Both the position numbers and the translations under genes were made by a program. Below are positions 53,850 through 64,000 of a stretch of DNA of 64,000 bases, in pieces; position 1 is the first letter of the stretch, and every line of letters starts with the position of its first letter. The notes under the pieces were generated by a model. It was given only the letters and a program-made list of their open reading frames with translations. It was not told the DNA's origin and made no database searches. The DNA comes from Lama guanicoe. Taxonomy: Eukaryota. Location of the stretch: contig MU053482.1 in the NCBI GenBank assembly GCA_013239625.1, positions 1,091,168 to 1,155,167 of the forward strand. The letters run 5' to 3'.

Positions 53850-54045
53850 AATAATTGTCAGCTCATATTCAGTATTTACTCCAGATGCAGGTTTTCTCAT
53901 ATAATATTTTTAACAACCCTGTGCTTTAGATATTAATTCCAGTTTCCAGATGAGGAAACTGAGAACAGAGAACTGAGAAACTATGTAGCTTATCTAAGGT
54001 TGTCTACTGGCGAGGCGCTAAGACTTGAACTCAGCTGCATTTAGT
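53850..54045 (-). mobile_element. MIR
   Basis: ccagtttccagatgaggaaactgaga...cttatctaaggt. Confidence 0.7.
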
Positions 54046-54444
54046 GCTATGCCTCAATATTTCCAAGCTTTGGGGCTTTTAAATATCGAGTCCTCTTCAT
54101 GTTTATACCCCCAGCCTCATTTCCTACTCTTTAGAAGCAAATCCTTACAGCTACTATACCTGTCTATTTCAAAATATACTCCGTATTTTTTGAATGCTCT
54201 ATTTTCTTTGTTTTTAGTTTTTTATTTCTGTTGAATTTTATTATGGAAGATGAGGATGTAGCTCATAAGGACACCACACCAACACATATACACTTCCCTC
54301 CTCCATCTTCTCAAAATGGTAATATCATAAATTTGTGGAGATAGTTTATATCATGTCTATATCATTATTATGTAAACTTAGTTTATAGCTGAACCACGTG
54401 CTGCAATTACATTCTCTTTGCACTACCTCGCCCCCAGGAGTTGG

Positions 54445-55466
54445 TCACTTGTATCTCTAGCCTGGCTCTTCCTCCTAATCTCCATACTCATATCTAATTG
54501 CTACCATGTCCCCATTTGGGTCTCACACAGAACGTGTGCAAAACCGAGTTCTTGATCTCTCCCATAGCCCAGTGCCTTCTCCCTCTCCTTCAGATAAGGG
54601 TTGTTAAGGGCATTTCCGCGTTTTCATTAGCTCAGGCCAAAAATACTGGAATCATCCTGGACAACTCTCTTACCATGTAATCTATTAGAAAAGTCTGTTG
54701 TTTCATCCTCGGAACGTGATGACGCCTCATCACCTCCATTGCTTTCCCTGGACCGAGCCACATCACCTCTCAGCAGCTTCACTGCAGTCATGTCCTAACT
54801 GACGGCCCTGCTGCTGCCCTCATCCCCTCAGACTATTCTCAACACAGCAGCCTGAGTGATCCTGTTAAAATACAAGTCATGTTGTGCTGTTTGTCTGCTT
54901 TAGTCCTTCTACTCACTTCCATTCCCGCTCAGAGCATAAGCAGAATTCTTCTGATAACCTACATGATCAGGTCCCTTACAACCTCTCTGACCTCCTCGTT
55001 TTTACTGTCTTCCTTTCTCACTGTCTCCTTTCTTTCCCTTCCTCAGAAACTCAGCAGGTCCACTCCCACTTCAGGGTATCTGCACTTGCTCCTGGGTCTG
55101 TGTAGGATCCCCTCAGCTGGCTGTAATCCTAGCTTTCTCACCTCATTTCTCCAAGTCCTCACTCGACAGGCACTCTCCTATGAAGCATTTTCTAGTTCAA
55201 GACTATTTAATCCCTCTTCTCTACTTTTTCCTTCTCTGTATTATATGTGTGTTGTATGTATACTTATGTGTGTATATGTGTATGTGTGTGTGTGTATATT
55301 AATTTGCTCATTGTCTAGCATCACACACAAGAACTGTAAGCCTCATGATGGCAAACGACTGTCGCCTGTTTGATTCACTGATGGATTCCCAGCACCCAGA
55401 AGAGTGCCTGGCAATTTATTGCATTCCATAAATGTTTGTTGAATGAAGAACGAATGAATGAATGAT
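54445..55466 (+). mobile_element. L2a fragment with (gaat)n tail
   Basis: ctcaggccaaaaatactggaatcatcctggac...ataaatgtttgttgaatgaagaacgaatgaatgaatga. Confidence 0.85.
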
Positions 55467-55664
55467 CTTGGTATCATTTTCCCTGTGTGGGGGTGTGTGT
55501 GTGTGTTCAAGTACCTGTCACTAACTTGTTGCAAACTCTGTCACACGTTTAAGTCTCTTAATAAATGCATCAGGTTTTATTTCTTTTTGGAGAGGACAGC
55601 GTTGTAGGACCTAGAGCAGGGAGTAGGTGGAGAGGCTGATGAAGAGAACATAAGATACATAAGA

Positions 55665-56195
55665 CAAATGTCCATACATGCGTGAGTTGGTTTCTGAGCT
55701 CTCTATACCAGTCCATGGGTTTATTTGCCCTGCACAAATGCTACAGTTGTCCAGCAGCATTCTAATAAGTTTTCCTATCCTGTAGAGTAAGATTTCCCAA
55801 TTTGTTCTTCAAGAGAATCTTGACTGTTCTTGGCACTTTGCATGTCCAAATTAAACTTAGAATCAGTTTGTCAAATTGTAAGCTGTTTGAAATTACATTT
55901 AGCCTGTAGCTCAGTTTGGAAAATATCTGTATGATATTGAGTTCTTCCAATCTATGAACACGGTCTGTCTCTTCATTTATTTAGACCTTTCTTAACTTTA
56001 CTCAATAATCCTTTATTTTTTTTTCTGTAATGAAATAGTAGATGTTTTGGATAAATTTATTCTAAGGTTTTGATGTTTTCTGATGCTTTTTTTTTTAATG
56101 GAGAACTGTAGACTGAACCCAGGACCTCGTGCATGCTAAGCACCTGCTCTACCGCTGAGCTGTACCCTCCCCCAGCTGATGCTATTTTAAGTGAA
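55665..56195 (-). mobile_element. Old L1M, left part; continues at about 58813-60170 and 61017-61200
   Basis: Antisense L1 ORF2 remnant (track ORF ...QFDKLILSLIWTCKVPRTVKILLK). The sequence reads on as L1 across the retrocopy and the LTR insertion. Confidence 0.75.
56088..56175 (-). mobile_element. vic-1-like SINE
   Basis: SINE body with TSD ctgatgct at 56080-56087 and 56176-56183. Confidence 0.88.
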
Positions 56196-56367
56196 GGTTT
56201 TTTCCTGTTTTATTTTTCATTCTTTAAATTTTATTTTCATTACATAAATACATCATGTAACTTGTTCCATATTAGTATATATAGAGAATGTCTTCTTTTC
56301 AACCTCTACTAAATATTGCAATGTATGCATGTAACAGTTTCCTTGACCATTCAATTATTGACAGACT

Positions 56368-56985
56368 ATTTTTAGTAAGATTTTAATCTTATTTAAGAAT
56401 ATTTTTAGATTTATAGAACAGTTGCAAAGATAGTACCAGAAGGATATGCCACTCACCCAGTTTTAATTTTCTTTAATGTTATTTTCTTGCATCTTCTTGG
56501 TCTGTTTGTCAGAACTAAGAACCCAGATTGTACATTCTACTCTTGACCTCCAGATATTATTCAGATTTCACTTGTTTTTCTATTAATATCCTTTTTCTAC
56601 TCCAGCATCCAATCCATATGCTGCACTGCAGTAATTGTCATGTCTCCTTACTTACTATCTTTTTTATCTTTCCGTGTTTTTCATGAACTTCACAGTCTTG
56701 AGAAGTACTGATCAGGTATTCTGTAACTGTCCTTCAATTTTGAACTTTCTTATATTTTTATAACTGAATTGGGCTTATAAACTTTTGGGAGGAAGAGCAC
56801 AGTGTTGAAGCACCCTACTCTTCACATCAAGTCAGAGTCCCCACATGACATCACTGGTGACATTAAACTTGATCACTTGGTCATGGACCTCTGTGCCAGA
56901 TTTCTTCACTGAAAGTTACATTTCACTTTTGCTATTTTATTCTGTGCAGTCAAGCCACTAACTGCAGACCACCCTCAAAGGAAAG
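56368..56985 (-). mobile_element. L1MC/MD-like 3' fragment carried inside the retrocopy
   Basis: tttagatttatagaacagttgcaaagatagtac...cttgatcacttgg...tgccagatttcttcactgaaagttac. Confidence 0.7.
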
Positions 56986-57337
56986 TAGGTGAATATTTAG
57001 GTTTTGAAATTTCTTCAAGAAGAATAAGTTTAACAGACTTTTAAAAGTTTACCAATAGTTAGCTTTTATCAAAATGATTAGTAAATAATTTTTACATCCT
57101 TCCTTGTATTATATATTGGGTGGGTAAGGGGCAGGAGAAATCTCCATGCTGGCCACATTGAAATCTTGCTTTAAAATTCAAAAATCCATCAATTAATAAA
57201 ATTAAGCACTTTCTTCATGACAGAATATATTTAAACATACCTCAGGAAACCGATTTCCATGTTTTCAAATACACTTGTTAAACATTTTAACTGATAAACT
57301 TTGCAACCTCTTTGGTAAGTTAAAAATAAAAGTCCTT

Positions 57338-58590
57338 CATTTTTCACAGAACTAGAATAAATCATAATAAAATTTATATGGAATCACAAAAAACCCAGAA
57401 TTGCCAAAGCACCACTAAAGAAAAAGAAAGAGGCTGGAGGAATGACCCCCCCAGACTTCAGACAATACCACAGAGCCACAGCAATCAAAACAGCATGGTA
57501 CTGGTACAAAAACAGACACATAGATCAATGGAACAAAACAGAGCCCAGAAATGAATCCACAAACTCCCAGTCAACCAATCTTCGACAGAGGAGACAAGAA
57601 CACACAATGGAATAAAGACAAGTCTCTTGAGCAAATGGTGTTGGGAAAACTGGACAGCTGCATGCAAATCAATGAAGCTAGAACACTACCTTACACCCCA
57701 CACAAAAATACTCAAAATGGATCAAAGACTCAACATAAGACAAGACACAGCAAACCTCCTAGAAGAAAACATAGGCAAAGCATCATCTCCACAAATTTTA
57801 GCAGTGTTCTCCTAGGACAGTCTATCCAAGCAATAGAAACAAAAGCAAAAACAAACACGTGGGACCTAATTAAACTCACAAGCTTTTGCACAGCAAAGGA
57901 AACCATAAGCAAAACAAAATGACAACCTAGGGAATGGGAGAAAATATTTGCAAAAGATGAAACCAACAAGGGCTTGATCTCCAAAATATATAAACAGCTC
58001 ATATGACTTAATAAAAAAAAAACAACCCAATCCGCAAATGAGCAGAAGACCCAAACAATTCTCCAGTGAAGACGTACGAATGACCAATAGGCACATGAAA
58101 AAGTGCTCAACATCACCAACCATCAGAGAAACGCAAATCAAAACCACAACGAGGCACCACCTCACACCAGCCAGAATGGCCACAAACCGAAAGTCTACAA
58201 ATGACAAACGCTGGAGAGGCTATGGAGAAAAGGGAACCGTCCCACACTGCCAGTGGGAATGCAGCCTGGTGCAGCCAGCATGGAAAACAGCATGGAGACT
58301 CCTCAAAAGACCAAAAATAGACTCACCATATGACCCAGCAGTCCCACCCCTGGGCACACATCCAGAAGGAACCCCAATTCAAAAAGACACCTGCACCCCA
58401 ATGTTCACAGGAGCACCATTCACAATAGCCAAGACATGGAAACAGCCCAAACGTCCACTGACAGATGACTGGACAAAGAAGTTGCAGTACATCCACACAG
58501 TGGAGCACCACTCGGCCACAAAAATGACAACATAACGCCATCTGCAGCAACATGGGTGTCCCGGGAGTAGGTCACTCCAAGCAAAGTTAA
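57338..58590 (+). mobile_element. L1 ORF2 3' segment, T-to-C hypermutated, lacking its own 3' end and poly(A)
   Basis: ORF2 motifs ([46 protein letters not shown]). T-to-C excess relative to the homologous L1 at 41001-41930. Confidence 0.92.
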
Positions 58591-60172
58591 GCTGGTAGGG
58601 CTGTGTCCTGGGTCGCTGTCTAAGAAGCCTTTCACCAGAGATGTCTCTTAGGACTCAGACTTCAGGGAGTCTCTTTCACTTCATGGGGGAACATATTCAA
58701 ATGGCCTCAGACAGCCGGCTGGGAGCATCCTCCTCCCTCAGACACACGGGCCGCACAGTCAGGAGCTGCCATGGTGCCGCCCACTCCATCTGGAGTGGTT
58801 TTTTCCTGTTTTTTAACTTGTTTTTTCTTGTATATAAAAATGAAATTTGTTTTTGTTTACTTATCTCATATCCATCAACCCATCAATTATCAATAAACAT
58901 ACTTACTAATTCTAGTACTTTATCTGTAGGCTTTTCTAGATTTCTTTACACATTGCATCATCTAACAATAAATGACAGAATGAATTCTTCATGTCAAAAC
59001 TTTATACATTTTCTTTCTTTTTCATACCTTATTTCCCCAGCTAGGACCTCAAGTACAGTATAGAACAGAAGTAATGTGTCTTATTCCTGACATTAATTGG
59101 GAAGCTTTTCCCATTTCACTAGAAAGTACACCATTGGTGCAGTCTTGTTCTAAGATGCCTTATCAGATAAGCAAATTCCTCTTCCATATCTGGTTTGTTA
59201 AAAACGTTCATCGTAAATAGATGCTTGATTTTACCATATTTTTCTACATTCATTTAGATAATTATATTATTTTTTCCTCCTTATGTTGCTACTATGGACA
59301 GTTATGGTTTTAAATTTCATGCGTTAAATTAACCCTGTAAACATGAGATAAAACATATGTGAGTAATGTATTATCATTTTCATGTTTTCCTGCATTCAGT
59401 TTTCTAATATTTTAATTTTTTTTTAAAAATCTCAGCTCATGAGTGAAATTGGTCTGCAATTTAGCTTGCTTTGTAATGACTGCCTCAAGATTTCGGTACC
59501 CCAAATTTATCTTCAAAAAATAAATGGGGAAGTATTCTCTCTCTTTCTAGTCTCTGAAAGTGTTTTCATACTATTAGCTTTATTTCCTACATAAAATTTT
59601 AACAGAATTCACCAGTGAACCCAACTGAGGCTGAAATTTTATTTCTTTCTCTGGTGAGGTGTTTAATTATGGATTCAATTTCTTTAATGATCCATAGAAG
59701 CTCAGGGTCTTTCATTCTTCTTATATAGATTTTATAAGTTTTGTGTTTTGAAAAATTTGTACATTTTGTCTTAATTTTTAAAATCTGTGGGTGTAAAGTT
59801 GTTTATAAAATCCTTTTATTACCTTTAATGTTTTTAGTAAAGATCCCTAGTGGTGTCGCACTTCAACCATGACGTGGTTATTTGTGCCTTTTCTCCCCTG
59901 CCCCAGTTTTGACAAAGGTTAGCAATTTTTATTAGCTTTCCCAAAGCTAACTTTTGGCTTTGTTGATTTTCTCGAAATACATTTACTTTTCTATTTCATT
60001 AATTTCTGCTCTTTAATTTATTATTTCCTTCCTTCTACTTTAGGTTTAATTTGTTGTTCTGTTTCCAAGTTCTTGAGACAGATGCTTTGGTCACTGTTAA
60101 TCTGCCTTATTTTAATCTATGTTATGCATTTAAAGCTAAATTTTTTCCCTTAAACTGATTTTTAAGCATTCG

Positions 60173-61016
60173 TGTGGGGAAAACCTACAGTTCCCTTCCT
60201 GTGTGTTTCTCGTTTACTCTCACACTACTGTCACATTTATGACATACCTGACATCAAACATGTTGAGGTTATTCCCACAGCAAGCAATTCTGCAAGACCA
60301 GCTTGGTGTCCTACAATTTAAATTCTGACACTGTCTCCGTGGAGATAAAGGTTAAGGGCTCAGACTCATGAGACTGCCAGCCCCTTAGGATGCTGGTTGC
60401 AAGTAGTAGGTCCCCAGTTTACCCACAACTGCTGTTCAACTTGACTGCAAATCAGAGTCTCTTCCCCTTGGAATTTGATTATTTGCTAGAACAGCTCACA
60501 GAACTCAGGGAGACACTTACTTTCACCAGCTTATTAAATGTGATGTGATAAGGAATGCAGATGAGCAGCCTGATGAAGAGATACATAGGGTGAGGTCTGG
60601 AAGGGTCCTGCGCGCAGGAGCTTCTGTTCTCATGGAATCGGGGTGTTCATCCTCCCGGTGTATGGATGTGTTCACCAACCTGGAAATTCTTTAGAACCAA
60701 TGCTATTGATGTTTTATGGGGACTTTGTCATGTAGGCATGATCAGTTATTAACTTCGTTTCCAGCCCCTCTCCCCTCTCTGGAGAATGGGGGCTGGGGCT
60801 GAAAATGCCAAGCTTCTAATCATGGCTTGGTCTTTTTGGTGACCAGTTCCCATCCAGAAGCCATGAAGGAGCCCACCCACAGTTGCCTCACTAGAACGAA
60901 AGATGCTCCTGGTGCTCTTATCTCTTGGGAATTTACAAGGGTTTCAGAAGCTCTGTGTCAGAAACAGGGACAGAGACCAAATATGTATGTTTCTTACAAT
61001 AAATCACAGTATCACA
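60173..61016 (-). mobile_element. Solo LTR (MER21B-like)
   Basis: Minus strand begins tgtgatactgtgattt...aagaaacatacatatttggtc. Internal ggtgtcctacaattt...ggttaagggctcag. TG/CA termini. Confidence 0.75.
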
Positions 61017-61386
61017 GTGTCCTCCATATTTTGAAATGTTTTCATTTTCATCATCCAGTTCAACATATTTCTAATTTTCACTGTGACTTTACTTGAACCC
61101 ATGGTTTATTTAGAAGTGTATTTCTTAGTTTCCAAACATACAGAAACATTCCAGTTATCTTTTTATTACAGATTTCTAGCTTAATTGCATTATGGTCACC
61201 TCTCATCCTAGCTAACGTCTCTGCCAGGCCCTGCTGTTAACTAACCTCTTTCCAGAAATGTCTTCCATGACATCAACTGTTGATCTCTGGGTGGGAATGT
61301 GGGATGGCTGGGTACACAGGCATATGGATCACAAGCAGGAAAATATGTGTGAAAAGGCAAGTTGAAATGAGGGCATTGTGTGTGTA

Positions 61387-61986
61387 TGTAGTAAAGGGTT
61401 GACTCAGCAAGCTTGGGGTGCCTGAACCCTGCACATTCTAAAGAAAGGACTAGTCCTTGACTGATTCCTGAAAGGTAACCTCTAAGCCCTTAAAATATCC
61501 TGACTGGTCAGATTTCTTTGTATAACAGAACTTGGGCCACACCAAATATTTTATATTGATGATGTGATTTATGGTGGAGACTTGTTACAGGTCACCAAGG
61601 GCCCTGGGCTATGCTGACCCTCCTCTGATGAGGGGGGTAAAGATTGAGCAGCCAAGGTTAGTCATGTGGGTTGGGTGCTCCTTACCACCCACAGTAAGGA
61701 CCTTGGGCATCAAGGTTTAGGCAAGCTTCCCTGATTGGCTATACTTCACATAAGCTGTCACTCATCACTGCTGGGAGAATTAAGTGCTATCTGTGTGACT
61801 CCATTGGAAACAGACAACTGGAAACTTATGCCTGGTTTCTCCTGGAGTCCACCCTATGTGATTTTTTTCTTTGCCGTTTTAAATATGTCCTTGTATTGTA
61901 ATAAACCATAACTGTGAGTCTAACAGCCTTTCTGGGTCCTGTGAGTCCTTCTAGTGAATCATCAGACCTGAGGGTGGTATACACAC
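61387..61986 (+). mobile_element. Solo LTR (MER77/MER21 group)
   Basis: tgtagtaaagggttgactcagc...aacctctaagccctt...AATAAA ccataactgtgag...gagtccttctagtgaatcatca. Confidence 0.75.
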
Positions 61987-63209
61987 TGGTCCTCAAAAAA
62001 AATATTGAGGAGACTGGAGTATCAAAAGTATGTTGATAATGATTCTCTCTGCCTAACTGTGTAACCGTCTATAAAACTAAAGTTCAATAATTTTGGTGAT
62101 GTTAATAACATACAAGTGGTATTAAAGAATAATTGCTCAGAATTTCCAGTTAAATACATCAGATGAAAACATGAGATTGCCTCACTCTCTCCTCCTAAAA
62201 TGATAAGCAATAAAAAGGCTTTTGCTTTGACTCTTCAGTTATAAATACAATTAGGGGTGTCCTAGAGTCTGAGGAAAACCAACATTATGAAACAGAAGGT
62301 CCAAAATAAACAAGCAGATCAACAGATCACTGGAGAAAAAGAGATTAAAGCAAGAGAAAAAATTCTAATTAGCATCAGTCACTGAGGAATAAGAAAAATC
62401 ACTGAAAATAAGGTATCTAAATATCTTTTGGGGAAATTTCGGAAGGTACAAGTACAGAGTAAAAGTACAAAGGGACACTCTTAAAACCTCCTTGAGGGAA
62501 AAAAAATCTACGAAAGAATGGCATCAGACACCCCAGCTGGAACATGAAGTACTAGGAGATACCGTGACAATGTAAAAGATTCGCAGAGAAAATAACTTTA
62601 ACCTAAATTCTGTGCCCAGTCAACTTTCTTTAGGAATTAGACACAATAAAGATTACTTTAACTACCTGTGAACCCTCACTGGAAAAAAAAATATTCAAGG
62701 ACACACTCAGGCAAAATGAGAAGTGTATCTAAAAGTGGGAGATGATACAGGTTTTATGAAACTGCAGTGAGCAGAGAAATGAGAGTATTTTGGCCATAGT
62801 TTAAATGTTTGTTAATAATTTGGCTATGAAACAATGGAATAGAAAGAAAACTATATTTTAAATTAATTTTATAATTAATTTAAAGAAATTAATAGATTTA
62901 TTTTACAATAAATTAAATTATTTAAATTCCAGAAGGAAGGATATTGGATACAAAATTAACAAGCTTGATTTAACACAGAAATCTGTCCCCTACAAATAGG
63001 GAATAGGCATTATTTTCAGATGCATTTGAACACGAATGGGATAGCATAGGATAGGATAATGTTTTAAATGGTGGAAACCATTAAGGCATATTCTGTCTTC
63101 TCAGAAATTTTTAATCCCATTTTTAATGTCTATACAATAAAGGTAACCAATTTTAAGTGTAGAAATTTTGTCACATGTATATAGTCATGCAACCACTGCC
63201 ATTTAATTC

Positions 63210-64000
63210 AAAATAATTTTTAATATGTCTTGTGATTTTTTTCTTTGACCTGTAGGTAATTTAGAAAGGTATTGTTTAATTATTAAATAATTGGAGACTT
63301 TTCAGATATCTGTGATTGAATTCTAGTTTAATTTTGCTGCTGTCAAAGAATATACTTACATGATTTCATTCCTCTTGAATTTAATGATAATTTTTAAATG
63401 ACCCAGAATATGGTTTATCTTGCTGAATGGTGAAAATTTGAAAAGAATGTGCGTTTTGCTGTTGTTGGATGGCGTGTTAATGGTTAGAGTAAGTATCAGT
63501 TAGGTTGGTTGATAATACTGTTCCAAGTTTTTTATAGTCTTACTTCTTTCTGCTTGCTTGTTAATGAATTACTGATAGAATAGTGTTGGAATCTCTATCT
63601 CTACTTGGGAGTTTGTGTATTTCTCCTCTTAATTCTGTCAGATTTGTTTAATATATTTTAAAGTTCTGTTATTAGAAGCATATGCATTTAAGATTATGTC
63701 TTCTTGATGATTTTAACCTTTATCAATGAAATATCCCCTTCCTCCCTGGTAATATTCCTTGGTCTAAAATCTTCTTTGATATTAATATTTTAGCCTATTT
63801 TTGTCATGGTATTTTAAGTGGATTTCCTGTAGACAGCATATAATTGGGTCTTGCTTTGTGATCCTATCAGAAAATTTATATCTTTTCAGTTGAAGTTATT
63901 AGGTATATACATTTAACGTAATCATCCATATGGTAGTGTTTAAATCCGTCTTTCCTAGTTTTATTCTTTTTTTCTTCTTTTTCCTCTGCCTTTTTTTGAA
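63210..64000 (-). mobile_element. Old L1M ORF2 (endonuclease-region) remnant
   Basis: gtagacagcatataattgggtcttgcttt and tgaaaagaatgtgcgttttgctgttgttggatg. Confidence 0.75.

Larger units (their letters stand above)
56212..58796 (-). pseudogene. Retrocopy of a polyadenylated non-L1 transcript (3'UTR or lncRNA) carrying an A-to-G hypermutated antisense L1 segment
   Basis: Perfect 16-bp TSD ggttttttcctgtttt at 56196-56211 and 58797-58812. L1-endonuclease-type site TTTT/AA at the target. Minus-strand AATAAA at 56230-56235 just before a short degenerate A-tail. Mixed content: unique sequence, an old L1 3' fragment and an L1 ORF2 fragment. Confidence 0.8.

Noticed and set aside
54879..55373. 164-aa hydrophobic ORF resembling a membrane protein
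   Set aside because: It lies within an L2 remnant and a TG-rich simple repeat.
58038..58535. 165-aa ORF as a novel protein
   Set aside because: It is frameshifted L1 ORF2/3'UTR. T-to-C changes remove stop codons, which explains the length.
57338..58590. APOBEC3 editing, CpG decay or GC-biased gene conversion as the cause of the L1 skew
   Set aside because: The direction is T-to-C on one strand. APOBEC3 and CpG decay give C-to-T/G-to-A, and gBGC would give A-to-G about as often as T-to-C.
1..64000. CRISPR arrays, operons or other prokaryotic systems
   Set aside because: The sequence is mammalian intron, with no repeat-spacer arrays or dense ORF organisation.

Overview
Mammalian genomic DNA, probably a camelid (inferred from repeated copies of a short tRNA-derived SINE that I recognise as the camelid vic-1 type). 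The window lies inside the synaptotagmin-9 gene (SYT9, + strand). It holds one 547-bp coding exon (6611-7157) covering the linker and the C2A domain. The rest is intron filled with L1, L2, L3/CR1, MIR, LTR, DNA-transposon and SINE remnants, and nearly all other ORFs in the track are spurious or degraded L1 ORF2 pieces. The most unusual feature is a ~2.6-kb minus-strand retrocopy (56212-58796) of a non-L1 polyadenylated transcript, bounded by a perfect 16-bp target-site duplication (TSD). Its embedded antisense L1 segment carries dense, one-directional A-to-G changes on the RNA strand. This looks like an ADAR-hyper-edited RNA that was reverse transcribed and fixed in the genome. Other notable items are a twin-primed inverted L1 that splits a SINE, a three-level nest (SINE in ERV1 LTR in L1), a short interstitial telomeric insertion, a 46-bp L1 and a solo poly(A) insertion. 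Repeat family names come from recalled consensus sequences, not a database search, and boundaries without a TSD are approximate.
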